Program-made: the position numbers and the translations under genes
Source of the DNA: an uncultured Actinomycetes bacterium
Lineage (GTDB): Bacteria; Actinomycetota; Geothermincolia; Fen-727; JACVIW01
Assembly: GCA_937127245.1 (NCBI GenBank)
Contig: CAKZLU010000041.1
Location: 9,824-73,823 of the forward strand
Direction of reading: 5' to 3'
DNA length: 64,000 bases
Shown: one piece after another, positions 17,928 through 28,216 of the stretch
Position numbering within the stretch: the stretch's first letter is position 1
How the letters are laid out: each line of letters opens with the position of its first letter
The notes under the pieces: generated by a model
What the model was told of the DNA's origin: nothing
The model's input: only the letters and a program-made list of their open reading frames with translations
Database searches by the model: none

Positions 17928-19586
17928 TTGATGCCTGCTAAACATATCTTCGTGACCGGCGGAGTGGTTTCATCGCTTGGAAAAGGCATAACCGCTGCCA
18001 GCATAGGATTATTGCTCAAAGCTAGAGGGCTAAACGTGATAATGCAAAAAATTGACCCCTACATAAACGTTGACCCTGGCACCATGAATCCATTCCAGCA
18101 CGGGGAAGTATTCGTAACTGATGACGGCACTGAGACTGATCTTGATATAGGACATTACGAAAGGTTTGTTGACGTTAACCTGGGTAGGGACAGCAACGTT
18201 ACCACGGGGACGGTTTACGGGGCTGTAATAAACCGCGAGCGCAAGGGTGAGTTCCTCGGTGCGACGGTGCAGGTCATTCCGCATATTACCGACGAGATTA
18301 AAAGGAGAATAAGGAAACTTTGCGCTAGCAGTGATGTTCAAGTTGCGATAAGCGAAGTGGGCGGCACGGTTGGAGACATCGAGGGACAACCTTTCTTGGA
18401 GGCTATACGCCAGATGAGGAAGGACCTGGGACATGAGAATGTTTTTTACGTTCATGTCACGCTCGTTCCTTATCTGGAGACATCCAGGGAGTTGAAGACA
18501 AAACCCACGCAGCACAGCGTCAAAGAGCTGAAAAGTCTCGGCATCCAGCCTGACGCGATTGTATGCAGATCGGACAGGCCGATCACCAGTGACGTGAAGG
18601 AAAAGATAGCCTTATTCTGCGACACCGACAAGGAAGCGGTTGTCTCGGCAATAAACGCCGAGACGATTTACGAGGTTCCTTTGATGCTTCACCGCGAGGG
18701 TTTGGATGGATATATCGTCAGGCATCTTGGTCTTCCCTCCAGGGAGCCTGACTTGGCTGGGTGGGAAGAACTTGTGCGGAAGATAAAGAACCCCAGGGAG
18801 GATATAAAGATCGCTATCGTCGGGAAGTACGTTGACCTTCCCGACGCATACATAAGCATCGTCGAAGCGCTTGTTCATGCCGGCGTCAAATACAATTTAA
18901 AGGTGATACCGGTCTGGGTGGCCTCAGACAGTCTCGAAGACGAGAGGTGCTTGGAACACTTGAGGCAAGTGCACGGTATTCTGGTTCCGGGTGGATTTGG
19001 AGTGAGAGGAATCGAGGGAAAGATTTTGGCGATAAAGTACGCAAGGGAAAACAAGATACCTTTCCTCGGGCTTTGTTTGGGTATTCAGTGCGCGGTAATT
19101 GAGTACGCGCGCAATGTTGTGGGAATGAAGGGGGCAAACTCGTCTGAGTTCGATCCTAATACGCCCTACCCGGTGATTGACCTTATGGAACATCAAAGGG
19201 GCATCAGTCATCTTGGCGGGACAATGAGGCTCGGTTTGTATCCGTGTAAACTCATGCGCGGCAGCAAAGCGTGGGAGGCGTACGGCGAGGAAATGGTTTA
19301 CGAAAGGCACAGACACCGTTACGAGGTCAACAATGCGTTAAGGGGAAGGCTTGAGGAGGTGGGTCTTGTTTTTTCAGGAACGTCACCGGATGGAAAGCTT
19401 GTCGAAATTCTTGAGATACCAGACCACCCGTGGTTTGTTGCCTGCCAGTTCCATCCAGAGTTCAAATCCCGTCCCCTGCGACCCCACCCGTTATTCCGAG
19501 AGTTCGTTGCCGCGGCGTTCAACAGAAAGAGGATGATGACGCAGGAGCATATTGAGGATGCGGGTGAAATAAGCGCCGCGAAGTGA
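17928..19586 (+). CDS. pyrG: CTP synthase
   Basis: [50 protein letters not shown]. Confidence 0.98.
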   Translation: MMPAKHIFVTGGVVSSLGKGITAASIGLLLKARGLNVIMQKIDPYINVDPGTMNPFQHGEVFVTDDGTETDLDIGHYERFVDVNLGRDSNVTTGTVYGAVINRERKGEFLGATVQVIPHITDEIKRRIRKLCASSDVQVAISEVGGTVGDIEGQPFLEAIRQMRKDLGHENVFYVHVTLVPYLETSRELKTKPTQHSVKELKSLGIQPDAIVCRSDRPITSDVKEKIALFCDTDKEAVVSAINAETIYEVPLMLHREGLDGYIVRHLGLPSREPDLAGWEELVRKIKNPREDIKIAIVGKYVDLPDAYISIVEALVHAGVKYNLKVIPVWVASDSLEDERCLEHLRQVHGILVPGGFGVRGIEGKILAIKYARENKIPFLGLCLGIQCAVIEYARNVVGMKGANSSEFDPNTPYPVIDLMEHQRGISHLGGTMRLGLYPCKLMRGSKAWEAYGEEMVYERHRHRYEVNNALRGRLEEVGLVFSGTSPDGKLVEILEIPDHPWFVACQFHPEFKSRPLRPHPLFREFVAAAFNRKRMMTQEHIEDAGEISAAK

Positions 19587-19750
19587 GGGCAAGAAGACCG
19601 TTTGCTTCTGCACTTTGGTTTTATTAAGCATGTTTACTTTCATAGCAGTTTTGAGGAATTCTCTCGCTGAGGGAATGTTTGAGAGGTGTCATACCGATTC
19701 CAATCAGAATTTAAAAGCTTTCAATTTTTGTGCTGCGCGGTGTGTTGAGT

Positions 19751-20875
19751 ATGCCATCTTACGGTAGAGCAGTCGTGATATCACGGAAGAAATGGAATGA
19801 ATCGATATCTGAGCTCGATGTGCGCATGGATGATGGCAGCCTCGCGAAAGCCCTGTCTATTGACACTCTTGTTGGAAGCGCTCAGCCCGGCGACACCGTG
19901 GTCTTGAACACGACCGCCGTGGAACTTCGTCTCGGATCAGGCGGTTACCATTTTGTTGTGTGGAATCTTAGCAGACCCACCCATTCGGTTACGAACTTAG
20001 GACATATCATGAAACTCCGGTACACGCCTCTGCAGTTAAACGTGGAAGCAATCGAGGAGATTGTGCATGACGCGGAAGCGCCTCCTGAGGAAACAAAGAA
20101 CGCTCTTTCAGGGATGCCGGTTATAGCTGGTTCAGTTCATAGCCAGCTTTTGCCGGCTGTCATTACACTAAAGCATCTTCAACCGCAGGCAAAAATTCTC
20201 TATGTTATGACGGACGGAGGCTGCCTCCCGGCAGGCTTCAGCAGGACTGTCGGCTTTCTAAAAGAGAATGGGGACATTGACGCAGTCATTACCACCGGTC
20301 ACGCCTTCGGTGGTGACTTCGAAGCGGTTACTTTAGCCGGTGCACTTTCTGCCTCGAGGAAACACTTAAAAGCTGATGTGGCTGTGGTCATAATGGGTCC
20401 AGGAATTGTCGGGACGGGCAGCGCTCTCGGTTTCACTGGATTGGAACAGGCTGACATAATAAATTGCGCTTGGGCGCTCGGAGGTAAACCGATCGGGATA
20501 CTGAGGATATCTTTTGCCGATCCGCGGTCCCGGCACAGAGGGGTTAGTCATCACAGTATTTCTGTCCTGAGCGTGATGTCACTGGCGCGCGCGTTTGTGG
20601 GGGTTCCGAAACTTGAAGACGATCGCCGAAAAATCATCATGTCACAACTGGAGGATTCCGGAATAAAATCGCGGCACGAAGTTCGCGAAGTTGACTGCTC
20701 GCTCGTCTTGGACCTCCTCAAGGAGTGCGACCTGAAGCCCAGTTCCATGGGCAGGGGACTGGATGATGATCCTGAGTTCTTCATGGCGGCCGGCGCCGCG
20801 GGGATTCTCGCCTCTGATGCAATGTCAGACCCGCAAAGTAAAGCGAACGGAGAGTGCGATGATAAGCGAAAGTGA
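19751..20875 (+). CDS. DUF3866 family protein
   Basis: LNTTAV.L.LG.GG.HFV, GHIMKLRYTPLQ, HSQL, MTDGG.LP, GHAFGGD, MGPGIVGTG, RH.GVSHH; track start 19730. Confidence 0.8.
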   Translation: MPSYGRAVVISRKKWNESISELDVRMDDGSLAKALSIDTLVGSAQPGDTVVLNTTAVELRLGSGGYHFVVWNLSRPTHSVTNLGHIMKLRYTPLQLNVEAIEEIVHDAEAPPEETKNALSGMPVIAGSVHSQLLPAVITLKHLQPQAKILYVMTDGGCLPAGFSRTVGFLKENGDIDAVITTGHAFGGDFEAVTLAGALSASRKHLKADVAVVIMGPGIVGTGSALGFTGLEQADIINCAWALGGKPIGILRISFADPRSRHRGVSHHSISVLSVMSLARAFVGVPKLEDDRRKIIMSQLEDSGIKSRHEVREVDCSLVLDLLKECDLKPSSMGRGLDDDPEFFMAAGAAGILASDAMSDPQSKANGECDDKRK

Positions 20876-21386
20876 AAAGGTATATGAGGGAAAGATTATC
20901 AGCGTGTATCGCGACAAAGTGATGCTGCCGGACGGTAGGATCACGCTTTGGGACAGGGTCGAGCATCCGGGCGCGGTGGGTGTAGTCCCGCTCCTTGAAA
21001 ACAATAGCGTCATCATGGTCAGGCAGTACAGGAATGCTGTTGATGATGAGCTGTTAGAAATCCCCGCGGGTAAGCTTGACTGGAGCGAACCACCTGAGGA
21101 GTGCGCGCTAAGGGAACTTATTGAGGAAATATGCATGAGACCAAAAGAACTCATTAAATTGGCAGAATTTTACAATTCTCCGGGATACAGCGATGAAAGG
21201 TTTTTTCTGTACCTTGCCAGGCAATTGGAGCCTGAGGAAGGCGAATCTGACGCCGACGAATTTCTCAAAATAGAGACGCATCCGATCGGAAAACTGATGG
21301 AAATGATTTCCTCCGGAGAGCTAAGGGACGCAAAAAGCATAATTGGCATAGCGCTCACATGGCTTGTCTTGGAGGATAGCGCTTAG
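20859..21386 (+). CDS. NUDIX hydrolase (ADP-ribose pyrophosphatase-like)
   Basis: HPGAV, RQYR, EIPAGKL, Nudix box G.....E.......RELIEE, SPGYS.E, DAKS; ATG at 20859 preferred to track start. Confidence 0.9.
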   Translation: MISESEKVYEGKIISVYRDKVMLPDGRITLWDRVEHPGAVGVVPLLENNSVIMVRQYRNAVDDELLEIPAGKLDWSEPPEECALRELIEEICMRPKELIKLAEFYNSPGYSDERFFLYLARQLEPEEGESDADEFLKIETHPIGKLMEMISSGELRDAKSIIGIALTWLVLEDSA

Positions 21387-21472
21387 CACGGAAGTTTGAC
21401 AGATTCGCGTTACTAATCCTTTGAGTCTCCATTGGGAACGAAAATTATGTTTTTGCTTTTTACTGAAAGGGA

Positions 21473-22396
21473 ATGGAAATAAAAAAATCGGGCAACGGCG
21501 AGCTTATCGAGTCGGCGCGGGATTTTCTCAACTATTTGAGAGTTGAGCGTGGCTTGTCGGAAAACACCATCGAGGCTTACAGAAGAGCGGTAGTCCGCTA
21601 TCTTGAATATCTCGATTCGAGAAACATTGCCAGGCTGAAAGATATCGACAGGATTTGTGTCGAATCTTACCTCGGAACGCTCACAAGCACAGGAGAGAAA
21701 GGCTATTCAGCGAGTTCCATTGCGCAGATGACAAGCGCCATTCGCTCATATCACAAGTTTCTTGTCACCCACGGTTACGCGCCTTCCGACCCAACGGGAA
21801 GTCTGCCATCCAGAAAGATACCGAGACGCATTCCCAAGGTTCTTACCATGACCCAGATGGAAGAGCTGCTAAGCGCTCCTCCGCTGGACGATACTGGCGT
21901 TCGAGACAGAGCTATCCTTGAGTTCTTATACGCTACGGGCATGAGGATATCAGAGCTTGTTTCACTGAACCTCTCAAGCGTTGATTTGGACGAGAGAATG
22001 GTTTTCCTCAAAGGAAAAGGGGGTAAGTACAGAATCGTTCCTTTTGGCAGGAAGGCTCAAGAAGCATTAAAAAAGTATCTTCAAGAATCAAGACCGAGGC
22101 TTGCACGGAGCTCAAAACAGCAGGCTCTCTTCTTGAACGCGAGGGGAGGGCGTCTGACAAGGCAGGGGTGCTGGAAAATAATCAAAAAACACTCCGAGTC
22201 ATGTGGGCTTGGCGATGTCGTAACCCCACATATATTGAGGCATAGCTTTGCCACGCATCTTCTCGAATGCGGCGCAAACCTTGTTGTGGTTCAGGAGCTG
22301 CTCGGGCATTCAAGTGTTTCCACAACACAGATTTACACCCACGTGACTACAAGTCACTTAAGAGAAGTTTACAGAAGAGCGCACCCGAGAGCTTAG
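21473..22396 (+). CDS. xerD: Site-specific tyrosine recombinase XerD
   Basis: ERGLSENTI.AY, YATGMRISEL, GKGGK, PHILRHSFATHLL, LLGH, TTQIYTHV; chromosomal context after NUDIX. Confidence 0.92.
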   Translation: MEIKKSGNGELIESARDFLNYLRVERGLSENTIEAYRRAVVRYLEYLDSRNIARLKDIDRICVESYLGTLTSTGEKGYSASSIAQMTSAIRSYHKFLVTHGYAPSDPTGSLPSRKIPRRIPKVLTMTQMEELLSAPPLDDTGVRDRAILEFLYATGMRISELVSLNLSSVDLDERMVFLKGKGGKYRIVPFGRKAQEALKKYLQESRPRLARSSKQQALFLNARGGRLTRQGCWKIIKKHSESCGLGDVVTPHILRHSFATHLLECGANLVVVQELLGHSSVSTTQIYTHVTTSHLREVYRRAHPRA

Positions 22397-22543
22397 GCGC
22401 AGACCACTCCTTGGTTTAACGGATATCCTCACTTTCTAAACCAAGCTGATTCTTGTATTCTTTCATGGCTGTGAGAAGAGGATTGGTTTGAATGTGAGAG
22501 AATTATGTGATAATTCACTTTCAAAACTGCTGGAGCGCGTTAA

Positions 22544-23239
22544 ATGGACTGGAGAAGAACGACATATTTCCTTATAGGCCTGATAATCGGGGCGATTTTC
22601 CATGAGTACATGCACGGAAAGATCGCGGACCTAAGGGGTGATCCCACGGCAAGAAACGCGGGAAGACTTACCCTAAACCCTATTGCTCATGTTGATCCGA
22701 TTGGGACACTTCTCATGCCGATCCTGCTTCTGGTGCTCAGCGGAGGCAGATTTGCTTTCGCCTACGCTAAACCTGTGCCGGTAAACCCGTTTTTCTTGAG
22801 AAAACCCAGAAGGGATATGATGTTAATAGCTCTTTCCGGCCCGCTCACGAACTTCGCGATTGCGTTGTTTATCTCCCTGCTGGCTTTGCTATTAAGAGTT
22901 GTCTTCAATTTGAGTTTCTATGCGCCGCAAGGTGTTGCGAACATATCCGGAAGCGGAGGGTGGGTCAATCTTTTTGAACTCTTATTTTACATAGCTGTAA
23001 TAAACGTCGTTCTCGGGTTTTTTAACCTTATTCCCGTGCCGCCGCTGGACGGCTCTCACGTCTTGTCATACTTTCTTCCCCCCGACGCGAGGAGGGCTTA
23101 CAATCAGATTAGCAGATACGGTTTTTTGATAATCATTTTGTTTATCTACCTTCTCGGCGGTGTGTTTTTCAGCTGGATGAACCCTATTTTCTCGTTAATC
23201 GAGCGGGTTATTTTCGGGCCTGTTAGTTTCGCGCTTTAG
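22544..23239 (+). CDS. Site-2 protease (peptidase M50)
   Basis: HEYMH zinc motif, GRLTLNP, FNLIPVPPLDG. Confidence 0.92.
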   Translation: MDWRRTTYFLIGLIIGAIFHEYMHGKIADLRGDPTARNAGRLTLNPIAHVDPIGTLLMPILLLVLSGGRFAFAYAKPVPVNPFFLRKPRRDMMLIALSGPLTNFAIALFISLLALLLRVVFNLSFYAPQGVANISGSGGWVNLFELLFYIAVINVVLGFFNLIPVPPLDGSHVLSYFLPPDARRAYNQISRYGFLIIILFIYLLGGVFFSWMNPIFSLIERVIFGPVSFAL

Positions 23240-23309
23240 CCATACCGTGAATCATAAATCATGTTTTGCGTTTCTGTAAGCTTTCAATTTCAAGTCAACG
23301 CTCAGAGAG

Positions 23310-24317
23310 GTGTATGAATTGGAAAGCGGGACTGGAAGGGTTGTGAGCGGGTACCGACCGAGCGGCAGGCTCCACCTCGGTCACTATCACGGCAACCTGA
23401 AGGTTATGACAAACTTACAAAAGATGCGGGATTGCTATTTCTTCGTTGCTGACTGGCATGCTTTGACGACTGAATACAGAGATACCTCTATGCTTTGGAC
23501 TTACACCCAAGAGATGGTTCTTGACTGGCTTGCCGCGGGTCTGGACCCAGGAGTTTGCACCATTTACCGACAATCTGATATTCAAGCCATACCCGAATTG
23601 ATGCTTTACTTCTCAATGATAATATCGCTCGGGGAACTTGAAAGATGCCCAACTTACAAACAGCAGCTCAGAGAGCTCGACGAACGCGTTGTGAACACAT
23701 ACGGATTTCTTGGGTATCCAGTTTTAATGGCCGCCGACATCCTAATCGTGAAGGGAGAGGAAGTTCCGGTCGGGGAGGACCAGATTCCGCATCTGGAACT
23801 GACAAGGGAAATTGCAAGAAAGTTCAACATGCTGTATGGTTCTATTTTTCCCGAGCCCAGACCGATTCTCTCCAAAGTACCGAGGATACCAGGTACGGAC
23901 GGCAGGAAGATGTCAAAAAGTTACGGCAACTATATCGATTTGATGGACGAGGAGGAGGTAATCCGCCAGAAGGTCAGGAAGATGATAACAGACCCGGCGC
24001 GGGTCAGACGCAGCGATAAGGGTCATCCCGAGGTCTGCTCGGTCTTTGACCTGTATCGGGCTTACCCGAACATGGTATCTTCTGAGGAAAGAGCTCGGGA
24101 ATGCAGGATGGCAAAAATAGGCTGCACTGCTTGCAAAGATGAGATTGCAAAAGTGATCGCCGATGACCTTTCCCCATTCAAAGAAAGGAGAAAAACTCTA
24201 TATAGCGATGAATCGGTTGTAGCACAAATACTATCGGACGGCGCTAAAAAGGTGAAGCTGATCGCGAGCGAGACTCTCGAAGAGGTCAGAAGATCGGTCA
24301 AGATAGCGAGGGTTTGA
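23310..24317 (+). CDS. trpS: Tryptophan--tRNA ligase
   Basis: HLGH, ADWHA, YPVLMAADIL, VGEDQ..HLE, KMSKS. Confidence 0.96.
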   Translation: MYELESGTGRVVSGYRPSGRLHLGHYHGNLKVMTNLQKMRDCYFFVADWHALTTEYRDTSMLWTYTQEMVLDWLAAGLDPGVCTIYRQSDIQAIPELMLYFSMIISLGELERCPTYKQQLRELDERVVNTYGFLGYPVLMAADILIVKGEEVPVGEDQIPHLELTREIARKFNMLYGSIFPEPRPILSKVPRIPGTDGRKMSKSYGNYIDLMDEEEVIRQKVRKMITDPARVRRSDKGHPEVCSVFDLYRAYPNMVSSEERARECRMAKIGCTACKDEIAKVIADDLSPFKERRKTLYSDESVVAQILSDGAKKVKLIASETLEEVRRSVKIARV

Positions 24318-24330
24318 GGAGGTCTGCCGT

Positions 24331-25098
24331 TTGAGCTTCGATGTTAAGATTGAAGTTTTCGAAGGGCCCTTTGACCTTCTTCTACAGCTGATACTCCGTA
24401 AAGAGCTTGATATCTGCGACGTTCCGCTTGCAGATATTACCGAGTCATACATAGCGCATATCAGGTCTGCGGATAGGCTTGATCTCGAGTCGGCAACGGA
24501 GTTCCTCCTCATTGCCGCCACGCTTTTGCTTATAAAAGCGAAAGCGCTTATAAAGCCCGAGGACGGTGAAAGCCTCGACGAGGAAGCCCAGACGGCCTCA
24601 AGCGAGCTTGCCGAGAAGTTGATAAACTACACGAAGTTCAGGAACGCGGCCGATTGGCTCGAGGCGCAATACGCGGAACACGGTTTGAGCTTTTCCAGCA
24701 TGAGAGAGCTTGAATCCACTTATTCCCACCTTTATCCTGACCCGTTCGAAGGGATTTCGCCGGAAAGGCTGGCATCTGCGCTGATGGATTTGCTTTGCGA
24801 AAACTTGAGCGCGGTTGTCGATACTTCGTATATCGCCCCGATCAGGGTTTCGATTGCTGAACACATAAATAAAATACGGAAAATCTTAAGAGCAAAGCCC
24901 GTTACGAATTTCACCGAGATTACCAGAGACCTTGGATCAAAAATAGAGGTAATAGCCGCGTTTCTGGCGCTGCTGGAACTGTTTAAAAATGGAGAGGTTT
25001 CCTTAAGACAGCCAAAAATCTTCGGCGAGATAGAGATTTCCGCGCGCGATACGGATAAATTTGAGAATGCAGGAATGGAAAAGACCAGTTCAGAATAA
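24331..25098 (+). CDS. scpA: Segregation and condensation protein A
   Basis: FEGPFDLLL.LI, FLLIAATLL.IK, FLALLEL. Confidence 0.93.
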   Translation: MSFDVKIEVFEGPFDLLLQLILRKELDICDVPLADITESYIAHIRSADRLDLESATEFLLIAATLLLIKAKALIKPEDGESLDEEAQTASSELAEKLINYTKFRNAADWLEAQYAEHGLSFSSMRELESTYSHLYPDPFEGISPERLASALMDLLCENLSAVVDTSYIAPIRVSIAEHINKIRKILRAKPVTNFTEITRDLGSKIEVIAAFLALLELFKNGEVSLRQPKIFGEIEISARDTDKFENAGMEKTSSE

Positions 25099-25160
25099 CG
25101 CCTGGTTGCTGACACGCAATGCCAGGATGGTAGTTTTGCCGGTTCGTAGATTTTTAGTAT

Positions 25161-26033
25161 GTGTCTTTTGAGGAATGGCGGGTAGCGAATATGGATACGA
25201 GTGCGGAAGATAAGAAAAATATCGAAAATACGAAAAACTCTGAATCTCTTGGATGTTGGAATGAAAGCGGCGAATCGAAAACCGTAAAGGCCGATTTCCC
25301 GCAAGCGTCATCCGGAGAAGTCGGCCCGCTTCCCGGTAGTGGTAAAGATTCAGTTGTATCCAAAGACGATTCATCGTCCATGCAAGAACGTTTAGAGCCC
25401 GAAAGGTATGGCGAACCCGAGAAGATAAGCGTTATCGAGGCTCTTCTCTTTGTTTCTGCGCAGCCCTTATCGGTGGGTCAAATCAGTGAAATTACCGGTT
25501 TTGAACCGGGCGCTGTCCGGGAGATTGTAAATAAACTATCTGAGAACTATGACAGCCCCACAAGCGGGCTGGTGATTCGAGAAGTGGCTGGCGGTTTCGG
25601 AATTTACACAAAAAAAGAGGTATCGCAGTATGTCTCCAAACTCATAAGGCATCAGTACAATCCGAGACTGACAAAGGCAGCTTTGGAAACAATGGCTATA
25701 GTCGCATATCTGCAACCAGTAAGCAGGTCAACCGTCTCAGAGATAAGAGGTGTGCAATCTGAGGGAGTCATGAAAACACTTGAAGACAGGGGTCTTATTG
25801 AGCCGGTTGGAAGGGGAACTGGTCCCGGCTCTCCAGTTCTCTACTCTACAACAAGAAAGTTTCTTGAACGTTTCGGGTTAAATTCCATCGATGACCTGCC
25901 GGATCTGGAATCCTTCGCACCGGATGATGAAACGGTTGCTAAAATCCGCCGAGTTTTCTCCCAGGAAATATCTGATGGAGGAATGCGGTCTGAGAGTGGA
26001 GAAGAAGGAGAGGATACAAAAGATACTCGCTAG
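25161..26033 (+). CDS. scpB: Segregation and condensation protein B with N-terminal low-complexity extension
   Basis: IEALLF, LTKAALETMAIVAY.QP, IRGV, YSTT..FL..FGL...DLP; start uncertain. Confidence 0.92.
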   Translation: MSFEEWRVANMDTSAEDKKNIENTKNSESLGCWNESGESKTVKADFPQASSGEVGPLPGSGKDSVVSKDDSSSMQERLEPERYGEPEKISVIEALLFVSAQPLSVGQISEITGFEPGAVREIVNKLSENYDSPTSGLVIREVAGGFGIYTKKEVSQYVSKLIRHQYNPRLTKAALETMAIVAYLQPVSRSTVSEIRGVQSEGVMKTLEDRGLIEPVGRGTGPGSPVLYSTTRKFLERFGLNSIDDLPDLESFAPDDETVAKIRRVFSQEISDGGMRSESGEEGEDTKDTR

Positions 26034-26736
26034 GGCGGACATCGCCTCAAGAAGAGCCAGCGAAGCGTTGATCGCACAGGGAAGAGTCACGGTCAACGGC
26101 AAAAAGGCTGTTCTTGGAGATAAAGCCTCATGGGACAAGGATGACATTAGAATAGACGGAATACCTATTGATAAGACTTGCGAGCGAAAGTATTTGATAT
26201 TAAATAAACCGAGGGGGGTGATTACGGCAACATTTGACTCTCATCGGCGAAAGACGGTCATGGATTTTGTTCCCGAACACATCCGTGAGCGTTTCAGGCT
26301 TTTTCCGGTCGGAAGGCTGGACATGGATTCCGGCGGGCTTATACTTTTAACAAACGACGGATTTCTGGCAAATAGAGTAACACATCCGCGTTACGGAGTT
26401 CCCAGGGAGTATCTGATTGAAATTGAGCCAGTTCTCACTCCAAAAGATGTCTCGGTTCTGCGAAAAGGGGTTGACCTCGAGGAAGGCAATACGGGTCCCG
26501 CTGAGGTCTCGGTTGTGGCGGTCAGGGGCAGACGCGCTCTTGTGAAAATGGTCATTTATACAGGAAGAAAAAGGCAAATACGAAGATCGTTTGCTCAACT
26601 CGGATACAAGGTATACGAACTGAGCAGGGTTAGGATCGACTCGATACATATCGGCTCACTGAAGACGGGTGAAATAAGGGAGCTTACCCCCGAAGAGGTC
26701 AAAATGCTCTACAGAGCAACAGGGATTGATGTCTGA
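25975..26736 (+). CDS. rluB: rRNA pseudouridine synthase (RluB/RsuA family)
   Basis: S4 domain ERIQK.LA..SRR, LNKP.G, VGRLD, GRKRQIRR; start uncertain (25975 or 25996). Confidence 0.9.
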   Translation: MEECGLRVEKKERIQKILARADIASRRASEALIAQGRVTVNGKKAVLGDKASWDKDDIRIDGIPIDKTCERKYLILNKPRGVITATFDSHRRKTVMDFVPEHIRERFRLFPVGRLDMDSGGLILLTNDGFLANRVTHPRYGVPREYLIEIEPVLTPKDVSVLRKGVDLEEGNTGPAEVSVVAVRGRRALVKMVIYTGRKRQIRRSFAQLGYKVYELSRVRIDSIHIGSLKTGEIRELTPEEVKMLYRATGIDV

Positions 26737-26762
26737 GGTTCGAACGAAAAAGAGGAGGTAAA

Positions 26763-27125
26763 ATGAGAGTTCGGGCTTTAAGGGGAGCCGTAAGCGTTGA
26801 CTCAAACACGAAGGACGATGTCATCCGCGCCACCGCTGAACTTCTCGAGGAGATGCTGGACAGAAATGATGTCGCAACTGATGACATAATCTTTGTATTC
26901 TTCACCGCAACAGAAGACATTAGCGCTGAATTTCCTGCCGCCGCCATGAGGAAAATAGGTCTGAGCCATATACCTGTCATGTGTGCGCGCGAAATCGCGG
27001 TTGAGGGTTCCATTCCCATGATTGTGAGAGCAATGATGCTCATTTATACAGAAAAGGCAAGAGAACAACTAAGACATGTCTATCTCAAAGAAGCCAGGCA
27101 GTTGAGAACGGACTTACCCGAGTAA
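26763..27125 (+). CDS. aroH: Chorismate mutase, AroH class
   Basis: VRALRGA, FT.T.D..A.FPA, E..V.G...R, HVYL..A..LR.DL; SD GAGGAGG. Confidence 0.92.
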   Translation: MRVRALRGAVSVDSNTKDDVIRATAELLEEMLDRNDVATDDIIFVFFTATEDISAEFPAAAMRKIGLSHIPVMCAREIAVEGSIPMIVRAMMLIYTEKAREQLRHVYLKEARQLRTDLPE

Positions 27126-27174
27126 TCAACAATAAAGGGGCGCGCTAAAGCTTACCAAAAGAGGGGTGTAAAAA

Positions 27175-28188
27175 ATGATTGTGGTCATGAAAAGCGACGC
27201 TACCGAAGAGGAGATACAAAGCGTCATTGACAAGATTCACGAATCTGGGCTGGAGGCTCACCTCTCAAAGGGCGAGTTCCGCACCATCATCGGCGTGATT
27301 GGAGACGAAGAGAAGATCGACCAGTTACCCATGGCTGCAATGCCGGGCGTGGAGAAAGTCATGCCCGTGATGAAACCTTACAAACTAGTTAGCAGAGAAT
27401 TCCATCCCGAAAATACGGTTGTTGAGGTGGGTCCCGCCAAGTTCGGCTCAGAGCAATTCTGCGTGATCGCGGGTCCTTGCGCGATCGAGAGCGAGGACCA
27501 GTTGATGACCTGCGCCAGAAAAGTCAGCGGTGCCGGCGCCGCGATGTTGCGTGGCGGCGCTTTTAAACCGAGAACATCACCTTACTCATTTCAGGGGTTG
27601 GGCGAGGAGGGCTTAAGGCTTCTGAACAGGGCTAAATCAATCACCGGACTTCCAGTGGTTACAGAAGTTTTGGACGTAAGACACGTTGTAATGGTAGCCA
27701 ATTATGTGGACATGCTTCAAATAGGCGCGAGGAATATGCAGAACTTTCTTCTTTTGAGGGAAGTGGGGATGCAGCAAAAGCCTGTCATGCTTAAAAGAGG
27801 CATGTCGGCGACCGTTGAAGAGTGGCTGATGGCGGCCGAGTACATAGTTAGAGGGGGTAACCGCAACGTGATTCTTTGCGAAAGAGGGATAAGGACTTTC
27901 GAGACTGCTACAAGGAATACCCTGGATTTGAGTTCCGTTCCTATCATTAAGCGCTTGAGCCATTTGCCGGTTATAGTTGACCCGAGTCACGCCACCGGGA
28001 AAAGAGAGATCATAGCTGATCTGGCGAAAGCGGCTTTGGCGGCTGGAGCGGATGGAGTCATGGTTGAAATTCATCCTGATCCCAAGACCGCCCTATGCGA
28101 CGGACCGCAAGCTCTGGACTTCAACGAGTTTGAGCGCATGATGGAAGATTTAAAGAAGCTTGCCCCTGCTGTTGGCAGGGTTATTTAG
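27175..28188 (+). CDS. aroF: DAHP synthase class I-beta with N-terminal regulatory domain
   Basis: MIVVMK N-terminal domain, IAGPCAIES, GGAFKPRTSPYSFQG, QIGARNMQN, LKRG, DPSH. Confidence 0.95.
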   Translation: MIVVMKSDATEEEIQSVIDKIHESGLEAHLSKGEFRTIIGVIGDEEKIDQLPMAAMPGVEKVMPVMKPYKLVSREFHPENTVVEVGPAKFGSEQFCVIAGPCAIESEDQLMTCARKVSGAGAAMLRGGAFKPRTSPYSFQGLGEEGLRLLNRAKSITGLPVVTEVLDVRHVVMVANYVDMLQIGARNMQNFLLLREVGMQQKPVMLKRGMSATVEEWLMAAEYIVRGGNRNVILCERGIRTFETATRNTLDLSSVPIIKRLSHLPVIVDPSHATGKREIIADLAKAALAAGADGVMVEIHPDPKTALCDGPQALDFNEFERMMEDLKKLAPAVGRVI

Positions 28189-28216
28189 TCCGGCATTTGA
28201 GACAGGAACGCTGCTC

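Noticed and set aside
21473-22396. Tyrosine recombinase as an integrase of a mobile element
   Set aside because: Sequence and nudix-xerD-scpAB context match housekeeping XerD; no att repeats or cargo
23240-23309. T-box riboswitch upstream of trpS
   Set aside because: Spacer is only ~70 nt, with no T-box consensus or terminator
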